Part shown: piece by piece, positions 46,674 to 57,310 of the stretch
Layout of the letters: each line of letters starts with the position of its first letter
How positions within the stretch are numbered: the first letter of the stretch is position 1
NCBI GenBank assembly: GCA_029777225.1
Contig: JAKOSR010000090.1
Span: forward strand, 637 to 64,636
DNA: 64,000 nt
Reading direction: 5' to 3'
DNA from: Chloroflexota bacterium
GTDB taxonomy: Bacteria; Chloroflexota; Anaerolineae; Anaerolineales; Anaerolineaceae
Program-made: the position numbers and the translations under genes
The notes under the pieces: model-generated
Told to the model about the DNA's origin: nothing
What the model saw: only the letters and a program-made list of their open reading frames with translations
Databases searched by the model: none

Positions 46674-47921
46674 ATGGAACTGCCCGTACCCCCCCAGGAA
46701 AGCGATACCCCCACGCCAGGCTTGACCCCTGGTGACACCCCAGAGCCCGCGACTCAGGGCACAGACGCGCCCATCAAGAAAAAGCTGTTGGAGCTGATGC
46801 TGGTCTGCCTAAAAATTGGGGCGACCAGTTTTGGGGCGCCGACCGCCCACATCGCCATGATGGAGAAGGAATTTGTCCGCAAGCGCCACTGGATAACGGA
46901 AGAGCACTTTTTGGATCTGCTTTCCGCGGCCAACCTCATCCCCGGTCCGAACGCGAGTGAAACCTGCTACCATGTGGGATATGTGCGTGCCGGCTATCCG
47001 GGTCTGCTGGTGGCCGGCTTCAGCTTTATCCTGCCCGCTTTTGTGACCAGCGCGGCCCTTGGCTGGGCCTATATCCGCTATGGCGGGCTGCCGGAAGTGG
47101 GGGGCATCTTCTACTTTCTCAACCCGCTGGTGCTGGCCATCGTATTGGAGACCACCTGGGAAATTGGCAAGTCCAGCCTGAAAAAATGGCAATCGCTGGT
47201 CTTCTTTGGGCTGGCGCTGCTGGCCAAGATACTTGGCATAAATGAGACGGTTATCATGCTCGCGGCAGGCGCCTTGAGCATGCTGTGGTTTTACCTGGTG
47301 GAACATCCCACAAAGGGCACTCCCACCCTGACCGTGCTGTTGGCGGGCACCCCGTGGCTGAGCAAAGCAATCCAAGGCGCGTCGGGATGGTTGCAGTCTC
47401 GAACCCTGCAGATATTTTTGTATTTTTTCAAAACTGGCTCCATTCTGTTTGGCTCGGCCATGGTTTTGTTTGGCCTGGTTGAAAAGGACATCACGCAGCG
47501 CTTTGGCTGGCTCACCACGCAACAATTAACCGACGCCATCTCGGTGGGTCAATTGACCCCTGGGCCGGTCACTTCAGCCAGCACGTTTATAGGCTACCTG
47601 GCCGGGGGGTTCCCGGGCGCGGTGGCGTCCACGTTTGGCGTGTTCCTGCCATCTTTCATCATCGTGATGCTGACTGCGCCACTGGTCAAGAAAATGCGGG
47701 AATCGGACCTGGCCCGGGCTTTTTTACGGGGTGTGAACGCCGCGGTCATCGCGCTCATCCTGGCGGTCGCCTACACTCTCGCGCGAAACAGCCTTACGGA
47801 CATTTGGACCATCCTGGTCTTCGCGGCCGGCCTGGTAGCGCTGGTCCGGTTTGACCTAATGCCCTACGCGCTGGTCATCGCCGGCCTGGCGCTTGGGATT
47901 GGACGCGCGTTGTTTTCCTAG
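46674..47921 (+). CDS. chrA: Chromate ion transporter (CHR family, duplicated domains)
   Basis: FGAPTAHIAMMEKEFVRKRHWITEEHFLDLLSAANLIPGPNASE, plus a second CHR half (QLTDAISVGQLTPGPV). Confidence 0.85.
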   Translation: MELPVPPQESDTPTPGLTPGDTPEPATQGTDAPIKKKLLELMLVCLKIGATSFGAPTAHIAMMEKEFVRKRHWITEEHFLDLLSAANLIPGPNASETCYHVGYVRAGYPGLLVAGFSFILPAFVTSAALGWAYIRYGGLPEVGGIFYFLNPLVLAIVLETTWEIGKSSLKKWQSLVFFGLALLAKILGINETVIMLAAGALSMLWFYLVEHPTKGTPTLTVLLAGTPWLSKAIQGASGWLQSRTLQIFLYFFKTGSILFGSAMVLFGLVEKDITQRFGWLTTQQLTDAISVGQLTPGPVTSASTFIGYLAGGFPGAVASTFGVFLPSFIIVMLTAPLVKKMRESDLARAFLRGVNAAVIALILAVAYTLARNSLTDIWTILVFAAGLVALVRFDLMPYALVIAGLALGIGRALFS

Positions 47922-47963
47922 AGCGGCCTGTTTGGCCGACTTAGTGCGGTAAAATCAGCCTCT

Positions 47964-50147
47964 ATGGAAGATTTATTGGATTTTCTCAACTCCCAACAAC
48001 AGCAGGCGGTGGCCGCGCCTGCCGGCCCGACGCTCGTACTCGCGGGTCCTGGCTCTGGCAAGACGCGCGTTTTGACGTACCGGATTGCTTACCTGGTGGG
48101 GGTGATGAACATCCCCGCGTATCACATTTTAGCGGTCACGTTCACCAACAAAGCTGCCAGACAAATGGGCGAACGTGTGACCAAGTTGCTGGGCGACCAG
48201 GCGGAAGGCATCTGGCTGGGGACGTTCCACGCCATTTGCGGGAGGATCCTACGGCGGGAAGCGGATTTGCTGCCGGTGGACCGCAATTTCGTCATTTTTG
48301 ACGCGGATGACCAGGAAACCCTGATGAAGAACATCATCCGGGAGAATAACCTGGATGAAAAACTGTTTCGCCCGGGCTCTGTACTGGACGCCATATCACG
48401 GGCAAAAAATGAGCTGCTCACCCCCGACAACTTCCCAGTTAACAATTTCCGGGATGACCAGGTGAGGCGGTTGTACATCCAATACCAGCAACGGCTGGTC
48501 CGCAATAATGCCATGGATTTTGATGACATGCTGCTGTATACCAGCCAATTGCTGGAGGATTTCCCCGTGGTGCGGGAGACGTACGGGCACAAATTCGAGC
48601 ACATCCTCGTGGACGAATTCCAGGATACCAACCTGGCGCAATATGCCATCCTGCGCAACCTGGCCCGCCAGCATCACAACCTCTACCTGGTGGGGGATGA
48701 AGACCAGTCCATTTACCGCTGGCGGGGCGCGGATTACCGCAATATCCAGCGCTTCCAGACGGACTTCAAAGACTCGTGCACCATTTTGCTGGAACAAAAC
48801 TACCGTTCCACACAAACCATCCTGGATACGGCCGTGGCCATTATCGATCGCAACCCCAACCGGACCCGTAAATCGCTGTTCACCGAACGAAAGGGGGGCG
48901 ATAAGGTCACACTGGTGGTGGCTGCGGATGACCGCGACGAAGCGGACCGCGTGGTTGCGTCCATCCGGGAAGGCATCACCCGCGGAAAACAGAACCCCAG
49001 CAGTTACGCCATCATGTACCGCACCAACGCCCAATCGCGTTTGTTGGAAGAAGCCTTCCGGCGCGAAGGCATCAACTACCGGCTGGTCGGCGCGCAACGG
49101 TTTTATGGAAGGCGCGAAGTAAAGGACGCGATTGCCTTCCTGCGGCTGGTATACAACCCGAAAGACGAGATAAGCTTGCGCCGGGTCATCAACGTGCCCC
49201 CACGCGGGATCGGCGATAAAACGCTCGAAAAGCTCGCCCAGGTGGCCACACAGCTTGACAGGAGCATGGGGGAGACCCTGCTGGAATTGGCAAGCGGCAG
49301 CCCCGAATTGGAGGCGTTGATGGGCAGGGAAACACCCCGCCTGGCCCAATTTGGGCGCTTATTACGCGACTGGCGCGAACAAGCCAGCAAAAATACGCCG
49401 GCCATTTTGTTTGACCGGGTGGTAGAGGATACGGGTTATACAGCCTACATCCAGGACCACAGCGAAGAGGGTATGGACCGCTGGGAGAACGTGCTGGAAC
49501 TGCGCGCCGTGCTGGTGGAGTACGACGAACAGGGTCTGGCCGCCTTCCTGGAGGCCATGGCACTGGTGGCGGACCAGGATACCTTGCCTGACCAGCTGGA
49601 CGCCCCCACCATGCTGACGCTGCACGCCGCGAAGGGCCTGGAGTTTGACCAGGTGTTCATTACTGGGTTGGACGAATTCCTGTTACCCCACAGCCGCTCC
49701 CGGGATGACGAAGAGGCGCTGGCCGAGGAACGCCGCCTGTTTTACGTGGGCGTCACGCGGGCACGCAAGAAACTGACGCTGACGCGGGCCCTGCGCCGGC
49801 GCAGCCCTTATGGCAGCTTTGAGGCCACTATTCCCTCGCGCTTCCTGGATGACCTGCCAACTGAACTGTTGCAGGGCAGCGCGCGTGGATTGCCGAGCCG
49901 TTTTTCCGACGGACGGAAGGAACCTTACTCACGCTGGGAATCGCCCTACTTCACGTCGGCGGCCAGGCCGGCCGAGCCGGCAAAAACCCGGTTCAAAGCG
50001 GGCATGCAGGTGCGACATAAGACATACGGGCGCGGGGTTGTGAAGACCAGCCGGCTGGACCACGGTGATGAGACCGTGGAAGTATACTTTGAGGGGCATG
50101 GGCTGAAAGCCCTGGTGGCGTCCCTGGCCAAACTCGAAATTCTTTAA
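47964..50147 (+). CDS. pcrA: ATP-dependent DNA helicase PcrA/UvrD (SF1)
   Basis: LVLAGPGSGKTRVL, VDEFQDTN, YRSTQ, TLHAAKGLEF and VGVTRAR. Confidence 0.9.
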   Translation: MEDLLDFLNSQQQQAVAAPAGPTLVLAGPGSGKTRVLTYRIAYLVGVMNIPAYHILAVTFTNKAARQMGERVTKLLGDQAEGIWLGTFHAICGRILRREADLLPVDRNFVIFDADDQETLMKNIIRENNLDEKLFRPGSVLDAISRAKNELLTPDNFPVNNFRDDQVRRLYIQYQQRLVRNNAMDFDDMLLYTSQLLEDFPVVRETYGHKFEHILVDEFQDTNLAQYAILRNLARQHHNLYLVGDEDQSIYRWRGADYRNIQRFQTDFKDSCTILLEQNYRSTQTILDTAVAIIDRNPNRTRKSLFTERKGGDKVTLVVAADDRDEADRVVASIREGITRGKQNPSSYAIMYRTNAQSRLLEEAFRREGINYRLVGAQRFYGRREVKDAIAFLRLVYNPKDEISLRRVINVPPRGIGDKTLEKLAQVATQLDRSMGETLLELASGSPELEALMGRETPRLAQFGRLLRDWREQASKNTPAILFDRVVEDTGYTAYIQDHSEEGMDRWENVLELRAVLVEYDEQGLAAFLEAMALVADQDTLPDQLDAPTMLTLHAAKGLEFDQVFITGLDEFLLPHSRSRDDEEALAEERRLFYVGVTRARKKLTLTRALRRRSPYGSFEATIPSRFLDDLPTELLQGSARGLPSRFSDGRKEPYSRWESPYFTSAARPAEPAKTRFKAGMQVRHKTYGRGVVKTSRLDHGDETVEVYFEGHGLKALVASLAKLEIL

Positions 50148-50212
50148 TTTTTTTGCTGCCAGACCCATTTCACAAGCCGCGGATCGGCTTTATTTTCGTT
50201 TATGATTGACTT

Positions 50213-51718
50213 ATGAGCAGGTTTGGCCTGAAGTCCTTAGCTCTCGTCGCTTCCCTGCTGGTGGTTTCGGTTGCGTGCCGGTTTTCCTCTCCAACACCAG
50301 TGGCATGGTCTGGCACGTCCACGGCCAAAGTTTTGGGCCTCACGCAGACGGCCGCCGCCCCATCCGCCACCGCCACACACCCGCCCCTACCGACGGAAAC
50401 GCCCCCGGTGCCTGAGACGACGCCGCGGACGGACGCTGCCATCCCAGCGGACGGCCCCTGGCTGATTTTCCCAAATGAAAACAACACCATGCTCTACGCC
50501 CTGGACCGGGATACGAGGGAGCTGGCTACGTTGAACCTGCCACCGCTCGTGGAGTTGGGCGACCTCGCGGTTGGAATTGCCCCGGATAGCTCCAGCCTGG
50601 TGCTGCGGGCCGGCAACCTGGACACACTGGAAAACCTTGGCCTTTACAGGGTGCAAAACCCGGTGGACCCGCCCGAGCTGGTGAGCCCGTTGCTCGCGGA
50701 TTTCGTCATCAAGTCCATCGGCGAGCGGAATGATCCGCAGGCATCTTTTGCCCTGCAGGCGGTGTTACAGCCCAACGCGCTGGCATGGAAGCCCAACAGC
50801 CAGTCCGTGGTGTTCCCCGCGGCCATCGAGGGGGTGGCGGCCAATCTGCGCGCCTACCAACCCGCGAGCGGGAAGGTGACACGCCTTTCCGTACGGTATC
50901 AGCAGAACTTCTCCCCGCTCTGGAATCCAAGCGGACAAACGTTGCTCTTCCAGGAGGTGGACACGCTCAACAACCCGTCGGCCTGGAAGCCTTACCTCGT
51001 CACCAGCCTCAACTTGGGCAACCCCGGCAACCTGTACTACCTGTACAAGCCCCCGGCCAACAGCCAGGCGGAGGTTTTCGTGGGGTGGATAAACAATGCC
51101 CAGGCGGTCAGTTACACCCTGACGGAGGAGGGCAACCGCTTCGTGCGCGTCCTGAACGCGGCTTCGGGCGGCTCGCCAAGGGTTATTTATTCCGGTTTTT
51201 TTGATGAAATCGCGGTGGATCCAGACGATGGGGTCATCGCGTTGGCGGTGGGGGTGGACGCGGCCAGGCAAAACGGCGTCAGCCCGGGGATTTACCTTTC
51301 CAACAGCGCGTTGAACGCTTTTGGGCTGGTGAGCGTGGGTACTTTTTCCCACCTCTCCTATTCACAGACTGAAGGATCGTTTTTTGCCAGCGGTGAAATA
51401 GGCCTGGTGTCTTTTTCCACCAATGGCCTGGAGTTCAGCCTGGCGGGTGAAGCCCAGGCCAGCGCTTCACCGGACGGCGCGTGGCTGGTGACGTGGGGTG
51501 GGCAGGGCGCGCGGCTGCGTACGCCAGATGGCACTTTGTTGCAGGAAATCACTTCTAGCTCCGTCAGCGCGCTGGTGTGGCAGCGGGATGGCAAGGGGTT
51601 TTACCTCCTGCTGGAGGATGGGCTTTATCACTACACCTTCCCGTTGCTCCAGGGGGTATTGGTTTGCGAGGACGTTTCCCGGACGGATGAAACCTGGTTT
51701 GCCTGGCTGGGGAAGTGA
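50213..51718 (+). CDS. Hypothetical lipoprotein, possibly beta-propeller-like
   Basis: Lipobox LLVVSVAC and a PT-rich linker, followed by repeated strand-like segments. I recognise no catalytic motif. Confidence 0.7.
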   Translation: MSRFGLKSLALVASLLVVSVACRFSSPTPVAWSGTSTAKVLGLTQTAAAPSATATHPPLPTETPPVPETTPRTDAAIPADGPWLIFPNENNTMLYALDRDTRELATLNLPPLVELGDLAVGIAPDSSSLVLRAGNLDTLENLGLYRVQNPVDPPELVSPLLADFVIKSIGERNDPQASFALQAVLQPNALAWKPNSQSVVFPAAIEGVAANLRAYQPASGKVTRLSVRYQQNFSPLWNPSGQTLLFQEVDTLNNPSAWKPYLVTSLNLGNPGNLYYLYKPPANSQAEVFVGWINNAQAVSYTLTEEGNRFVRVLNAASGGSPRVIYSGFFDEIAVDPDDGVIALAVGVDAARQNGVSPGIYLSNSALNAFGLVSVGTFSHLSYSQTEGSFFASGEIGLVSFSTNGLEFSLAGEAQASASPDGAWLVTWGGQGARLRTPDGTLLQEITSSSVSALVWQRDGKGFYLLLEDGLYHYTFPLLQGVLVCEDVSRTDETWFAWLGK

Positions 51719-51776
51719 GGACCTGCCTGGCAGGGTCAGGCGGGCCGGCCTGTAACAATTAGGAAAGGATGGAAAA

Positions 51777-52466
51777 ATGAAAACTGAGATTGTTTTTTAT
51801 GGGCACGCGGCACTGGGGTTGACCATCGGCCAACACAAGCTAATGGTGGACCCCTACTTTACCGGCAATTCCGCGGCGAAGGTCAGCGCCCGGGACGTCT
51901 GCGCGGATTACATCCTGGTTACGCATGGGCATGGGGACCATGTGGGCGATGCTGTGGACATCGCGAAACGCTGTGGGGCCACTTGCGTGGCCAACGCGGA
52001 AATCTGCCGCTGGCTTGGTGCCAAGGGTTTGAAAACCCACGCGCAACACATCGGTGGCGGGTTCACGTATCCGTTTGGGTACCTGAAGCTGACCAATGCA
52101 TTGCATGGCTCCCTCCTCCCAGATGGAAGCGATGGCGGAAACCCTGCCGGCTTCCTGCTGACCACGCCAGATGGGCTCAAGATTTACATGGCGGGGGATA
52201 CCGGGTTGTTTGGTGACATGCGGCTGATTGGTGAAGAAGGGCTGGCGGTGGCGGTGCTGCCAATCGGCGATAATTACACCATGGGGCCGGCGGACGCGCT
52301 GCGGGCGGTGAAGCTTTTGGCTCCCCAGGCGGTCATTCCCATCCATTACAATACCTTCCCGGTGATTCACCAGGACGTGCAGGCCTGGAAAAAGCAGGTT
52401 GAAGAGGAAACCCAAAGCCGGGTGGTCATTTTGGCACCCGGAGAAAGTTTCCTGTTGGAAAAGTGA
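51777..52466 (+). CDS. UPF0173-type metal-dependent hydrolase (metallo-beta-lactamase fold)
   Basis: YILVTHGHGDHVGD, MAGDTGLF and PIGDNYTMGP. AGGAAAGGA RBS. Confidence 0.85.
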   Translation: MKTEIVFYGHAALGLTIGQHKLMVDPYFTGNSAAKVSARDVCADYILVTHGHGDHVGDAVDIAKRCGATCVANAEICRWLGAKGLKTHAQHIGGGFTYPFGYLKLTNALHGSLLPDGSDGGNPAGFLLTTPDGLKIYMAGDTGLFGDMRLIGEEGLAVAVLPIGDNYTMGPADALRAVKLLAPQAVIPIHYNTFPVIHQDVQAWKKQVEEETQSRVVILAPGESFLLEK

Positions 52467-52482
52467 GCGAGGAGTAGGCATT

Positions 52483-53103
52483 ATGGGACTATTCAGCAAA
52501 AAACCAGAGAACGACCGTTTACCCCCGGGACAGTTGCTCACCGGGCGCTTCCCGGTGTTGCACTACGGGTCTGTGCCTCCATTTGACCCCAAAACCTGGA
52601 CTTTCAGGGTGTGGGGTGAGGTGGAAAGGCCCCTGGTGATGGACTGGGAGGAGTTTAGCGCCCTACCGCGCACGAAGCTGACGATGGACATCCATTGCGT
52701 CACCACCTGGAGCAAGCTGGACACCGAGTGGGAAGGCGTCAGCCTGAAAACGCTGCTGGACGCGGGGCTGGTGGTGCCCACCGCGGAGGCGAAATTTGTC
52801 ATCCAACACGCAGAGCATGGCTTTACAGCCAACCTGCCTTTGGAGGTGGTGATGGCGGAAAATTTCCTTTTGGCAACCGGTTATGCGGACGCTCCGCTCA
52901 CGCCTGAGCATGGCGCGCCGTTGCGCGGCGTGGTTGGGGCCATCCCTGGTAGAAAAGACCTAAAAGATGTTTACCTTTGGAAAGGGGCCAAATGGCTGCG
53001 CGGCCTCGAATTTACCCGTACGGACCGGCCGGGATTTTGGGAACGGGCGGGCTATCACAACGAGGCGGATATTTGGCTGGAACAGCGAGTGAACGGGGAT
53101 TAA
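52483..53103 (+). CDS. Sulfite-oxidase-family molybdopterin-binding domain protein (cytoplasmic, short form)
   Basis: DIHCVTTWSKLDTEWEGVSL, EHGAPLRGVV and KGAKWLRGLEF. The ATG at 52483 has GAGGAG 8 nt upstream. Confidence 0.8.
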   Translation: MGLFSKKPENDRLPPGQLLTGRFPVLHYGSVPPFDPKTWTFRVWGEVERPLVMDWEEFSALPRTKLTMDIHCVTTWSKLDTEWEGVSLKTLLDAGLVVPTAEAKFVIQHAEHGFTANLPLEVVMAENFLLATGYADAPLTPEHGAPLRGVVGAIPGRKDLKDVYLWKGAKWLRGLEFTRTDRPGFWERAGYHNEADIWLEQRVNGD

Positions 53104-53115
53104 TCCCGTGTTGAA

Positions 53116-53148
53116 CAAAAAAGCAGAGGTGATTGCCTCTGCTTTTTA
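53116..53148. terminator. Bidirectional intrinsic terminator
   Basis: AAAAAA-GCAGAGG-TGATTG-CCTCTGC-TTTTT lies between convergent genes. Confidence 0.65.
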
Positions 53149-53163
53149 TATCCAAATGAAGAT

Positions 53164-53979
53164 TTAGACCTTGCGCTGGCGCCACAGGTAATAGCCAAGC
53201 CCAAGCCCACCCAGGAGAATGACCAGCCCGACTACCAGGAGCACTGGGGAGCGGCTGACGGTATCGGCCTGGGGAACTTCCGCGATGGCCATGGACTCCT
53301 GCGCGCCAAAGTCGATGGTGGCCAGCTCGCCGGCTTTGACCTCGAGCGCGTAGTTGGTGGCGGTGGTCGCGTTGAAGCCATCCGGGATGGCCATGGTGAC
53401 GTTGTAGCTGCCCTCTGGGATGTTTTCAAAGCAAATCGGATCGACTGTTTCGGGGTCGCCGGCCACGGTGTTACCGGTTAGGGAGACGTTCCCAACCCGG
53501 TCGTTAATGCTGACCACGCCACCATACAGGTAGGTTTCCCCTTCGGTGCGCATGCCTGAACCATCCAGGTCGTTGAAGAGAACCACGCAGACCTTGGCAA
53601 AGCCGGCGGAGGGCGTGGCAGTGGGGGTGATGAGCTCGGGTGGAATCGTGGCGGTGGGCATGGCGGTTTGGGTCAGGATTTGGCCTTCCAACTGGCCGAG
53701 CAGCAGCTTTTGGCCGGGTTGAATGGTGCAGGCCTCATCCAGCCCATTGAGGGAGATGATGTCGGCGATGGAAACGTTGGTCAGCAGGAAAACGCGCGTG
53801 CAGGTGTCGCCTTCCTGAACCTCGTAGAGGATTTGCCCGATTTCGTTGGGGGTGGGGGTTTGGTACGCGGTTTGGGCGGTCACGCTGCCCAGCCTGCTGG
53901 GGGACGCAGACAAAACGCCAAGCGCGAGAATGAGCGCGAAGATGGGCAGGAATATTACAAGCTTCTTCGATGTTTTCAT
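53164..53979 (-). CDS. LysM-domain protein with signal peptide and C-terminal TM anchor
   Basis: The LysM-like segment YEVQEGDTCTRVFLLTNVSIADIISLNGLDEACTIQPGQKLLLG is followed by a Cna-B/SdrD-like beta domain and the TM segment VLLVVGLVILLGGLGLGYYLW. Confidence 0.8.
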   Translation of the reverse strand: MKTSKKLVIFLPIFALILALGVLSASPSRLGSVTAQTAYQTPTPNEIGQILYEVQEGDTCTRVFLLTNVSIADIISLNGLDEACTIQPGQKLLLGQLEGQILTQTAMPTATIPPELITPTATPSAGFAKVCVVLFNDLDGSGMRTEGETYLYGGVVSINDRVGNVSLTGNTVAGDPETVDPICFENIPEGSYNVTMAIPDGFNATTATNYALEVKAGELATIDFGAQESMAIAEVPQADTVSRSPVLLVVGLVILLGGLGLGYYLWRQRKV

Positions 53980-54111
53980 GGTTACCTCTCAGCGGATTAT
54001 AACATTTTTGCCCCATCAATCGCCGGGCTGAACCAACGGACAGGACGGGTTGACAGAGGCCGGTTGTTTCATCAGAGTTAACTCTCTGCTGGTTTTGGGT
54101 AAAATTGGAGT

Positions 54112-54897
54112 GTGTTGATACCCAGAAAACTTGCCCAATTCGTAGGTATGGTCATCGCCCTGTGCGCGATGGGTGCCTGCGTGGGCGTGGGCGGCGCACC
54201 AACGCAGGCACCAGAATTGATCCTGCCGGCCACGGCCAGCCCTGAACCCAGCGCCACCATCGACTGGTTCCCGCGCACGCCGACTGCGACCTTCCCCACG
54301 CAGCCAGGGAGTGTGCCAGCAGAAATTACTCAGACACCGCAGGCACGGGGAGAGGCATTGTTCTCGGATGATTTCAGCGACGAGGCCCTCTGGCAGGCAC
54401 AGGCACAGAGCACGGGTAACATTAAGGTGGGTTCCGGCGCGCTTTCCGTGGCCTTGAAAGGTTTTATGGGGTTACTCGTCAGCACCAGCCAGCATGACCT
54501 GCCGGCCAGCTTCTTCCTGGAAGTGATGGTGGACGTTTCGCTTTGTTCCGAGGGGGACCAGTACGGGCTGTTGCTCTGGCAGAACAGCGTCGCGGGCACA
54601 TACCGGCTGTGGATGAATTGCGCGGGGGAGCTGCGCCTGGACAGGCAGATTTACGCTTCGGTGGGCGTGGTTTCGGATTGGCAGCAGGCGCGTAAGTTTC
54701 AACCCGGCGCGCCCGCGCGCAACAAAATTGGCCTGCTGGCTGAGGCAGGCGAACTGAAAGTTTACATTAACGACACTTTCCAGTTTAGTGTGCCCATCCG
54801 GCAGGACCTGGAGGGGCCATTGGGGGTCATCGCGCAATCCGCTGGGAATGGCGCGAGCACCATTCTTTTTTCAGACCTGGCTGTTTACCAGCCTTAG
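54112..54897 (+). CDS. Lipoprotein with a jelly-roll-like DDFSD domain (architectural paralog of 27272-27955)
   Basis: Lipobox ALCAMGAC and a PT linker, then LFSDDFSDEALW, ending in ILFSDLAVY. The start may be the GTG at 54112 or the ATG at 54148. Confidence 0.7.
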   Translation: MLIPRKLAQFVGMVIALCAMGACVGVGGAPTQAPELILPATASPEPSATIDWFPRTPTATFPTQPGSVPAEITQTPQARGEALFSDDFSDEALWQAQAQSTGNIKVGSGALSVALKGFMGLLVSTSQHDLPASFFLEVMVDVSLCSEGDQYGLLLWQNSVAGTYRLWMNCAGELRLDRQIYASVGVVSDWQQARKFQPGAPARNKIGLLAEAGELKVYINDTFQFSVPIRQDLEGPLGVIAQSAGNGASTILFSDLAVYQP

Positions 54898-54992
54898 CAA
54901 GTTCTCTTCGCGTGTAACAGGATATAATTCAGGCGGGAAAGCTGCCTGGCAAGCTGCCCTTGCTGAATGACCTTGTTGACGGAGGAAAAAAC

Positions 54993-56006
54993 ATGCCTGA
55001 AAATCTCAAGATTGTCATCCCAATGGCAGGAATGGGCAGCCGTTTGCGCCCACTGACCTGGAGCCGGCCCAAGCCCCTGGTTTCGCTGGCTGGTACCACG
55101 GTCCTGGACCACCTGCTGAGGATGTTTGACACTATCCCCAATGCGGAAGACCTGGAACTGGTTTTCATCATGTCGCCTGGCCAGGATAAGATGATCCGGG
55201 CGTACATGCAAAAATACTATCCCAAGCGAAAGATTCATTACGTGGAACAGCCGGAGATGAAAGGGCAGTCCGACGCGCTTTGGCAGGCACGGGAATTGCT
55301 GCACGGACCCATTTTGGTGGTCTTTTCGGACACACTGATTGAAAATTCCTTCGCCCGCCTGCAGGAAGAAAGCGCAGAGTCGGTTGCCTGGGTTAAGGCC
55401 GTGCCTGACCCGCGCCGTTTCGGCGTGGCAGAGGTGGACTCGCGTGGGAATGTCACCCGGTTGATTGAAAAACCTAATGAGATGAACAATAACCTGGCTG
55501 TGGTTGGGTGTTATTACTTCAAGCAAGGGGCGAAATTATTACAGGCCATCCAGGAACAATTCCGCCTGAACATTTCGCTCAAGAACGAGTTTTACCTGGT
55601 GGACGCCATCAACCTTTTCCTTGAAGGTGGCGTGAAAATGCGAGTGGAACAGGTGAAAACCTGGTTGGACGCCGGAACCTCTGAAGCCCTGCTGGATACC
55701 AACCGCTACCTGCTGGAACACGGGCGCGCCAACGTGGATGAAGAAGGCGCCGTGGTGGACAACATCATCATCCCACCGGTTTTCATACACCCTGAAGCAC
55801 GGGTGAACAACTCCATCATTGGCCCCTACGCCTCGATAGGCGCTGGCGCCATCGTACAGAACAGCTCCATCAAGGATTCCATCCTCAGCCCGCTTGTGCA
55901 TGTGACCAACTCTCACCTGGAAGGTTCACTGCTTGGGCATGATGTGGTCATCAATGGCCTGATGGGCAAGTTCAACATGGGCGACAATTCCTGGGCCAAC
56001 TGGTAG
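54993..56006 (+). CDS. Sugar-1-phosphate nucleotidyltransferase with C-terminal left-handed beta-helix
   Basis: IPMAGMGSRLRPLTWSRPKPL, EKP, and C-terminal hexapeptide-like repeats. The ATG at 54993 follows GGAGG. Confidence 0.85.
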   Translation: MPENLKIVIPMAGMGSRLRPLTWSRPKPLVSLAGTTVLDHLLRMFDTIPNAEDLELVFIMSPGQDKMIRAYMQKYYPKRKIHYVEQPEMKGQSDALWQARELLHGPILVVFSDTLIENSFARLQEESAESVAWVKAVPDPRRFGVAEVDSRGNVTRLIEKPNEMNNNLAVVGCYYFKQGAKLLQAIQEQFRLNISLKNEFYLVDAINLFLEGGVKMRVEQVKTWLDAGTSEALLDTNRYLLEHGRANVDEEGAVVDNIIIPPVFIHPEARVNNSIIGPYASIGAGAIVQNSSIKDSILSPLVHVTNSHLEGSLLGHDVVINGLMGKFNMGDNSWANW

Positions 56007-56052
56007 CCTGAGAAAACCTCACCCTGACCCGAACCAATTCAAAGGAGAATCA

Positions 56053-57216
56053 ATGACGAAAGAAGTGCTGGCAAAGCGCGTGAGAGACTTAAAACCCTCC
56101 GGCATCCGGAAGTTTTTTGACATCGCTGCCACCATGGCGGACGTGATTTCACTGGGCATCGGCGAACCCGACTTTGCCACCCCTGAGCCAATCATCCAGG
56201 CGGGCATTGCTTCGCTCAAGCGCGGGGATACGCACTACACATCCAACCACGGCCTGATTACGCTGCGCCAGGAATTGGCCCGGCATCTGCATGAGCTGTA
56301 TGGGGTGACCTACAACCCGGCAAGCGAGCTGGTGATGACCGTGGGCGTTTCAGAAGCACTTTACCTGGTGTTCACGGCCATCCTTGAGCCGGGGGATGAG
56401 GTCATCATCCCAACGCCCTGCTTTGTGTCTTACCAGGCGGAAGTGGAGCTGGCCGGTGGCGTGCCCGTGGAAGTCCCCGCCTATTTTGAGGACGAAGTCC
56501 AGCCGCGCGCTGAATTGATTGAGGCGGCAATCACGCCTCGGACCAAGGCCATTTTCATTGGTTCCCCCTGCAACCCGACCGGGGCCGTGGCGACCGCCCA
56601 GACTTACCAAAAAGTGGCCAACCTGGCTGAAAAGTACGACCTGATGGTCGTTTCTGACGAAATTTATGACCGCCTGGTTTACGGTGTGGAGCATATTTGC
56701 TTCCCAAGCCTGCCGGGGATGTGGCAACGGACCATTTTGCTGGGCGGTTTTTCAAAAGCTTACGCGATGACGGGCTGGCGGATTGGGTACGTGGCCGCGC
56801 CGGCTGAAATCATCAATGGGCTCGTGCGCATCCACCAATACACCATCATGTCGGCGCCCACCATTTCGCAGTATGCCGCGCTTGAAGCGTTGCGGGTGGG
56901 GGAGCCCTACGTGCAGGAAATGCTGGCGGAATACGACCGCCGGCGCAAGCTGGTGGTTTCAGGGTTGAACGCGCTGGGTTTGAAGACCTTTGAGCCAAGA
57001 GGCGCGTTCTACGCGTTCCCCTCGCTTGAGTCCACCGGCATGGATGATGAAACCTTCTGCAACCGACTGTTGCTCGAAGGGCGTGTTGCCATGGTGCCAG
57101 GCAGGTCGTTTGGCGATGCTGGGATTGGCTTCGCCCGGGTTTCCTACGCCACCTCCTACGAACGGTTGGAACAGGCGCTTGAGAAAATTGACAGATTTCT
57201 CCGGAAAAGCCTTTAG
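56053..57216 (+). CDS. Class I/II pyridoxal-phosphate aminotransferase (aspartate aminotransferase-like)
   Basis: SLGIGEPDF, SPCNPTG, the PLP-Lys block FSKAYAMTGWRIGY and a C-terminal R (ARVSY). Confidence 0.9.
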   Translation: MTKEVLAKRVRDLKPSGIRKFFDIAATMADVISLGIGEPDFATPEPIIQAGIASLKRGDTHYTSNHGLITLRQELARHLHELYGVTYNPASELVMTVGVSEALYLVFTAILEPGDEVIIPTPCFVSYQAEVELAGGVPVEVPAYFEDEVQPRAELIEAAITPRTKAIFIGSPCNPTGAVATAQTYQKVANLAEKYDLMVVSDEIYDRLVYGVEHICFPSLPGMWQRTILLGGFSKAYAMTGWRIGYVAAPAEIINGLVRIHQYTIMSAPTISQYAALEALRVGEPYVQEMLAEYDRRRKLVVSGLNALGLKTFEPRGAFYAFPSLESTGMDDETFCNRLLLEGRVAMVPGRSFGDAGIGFARVSYATSYERLEQALEKIDRFLRKSL

Positions 57217-57310
57217 GCAGGCCGGGTGAACCTTGGTTGCTAAGTTTCCACAGGTTGGGGATGGCCGGCCATGGGCGTTCTGATGGATGGTATAAAGGAG
57301 ACCTGAGAAC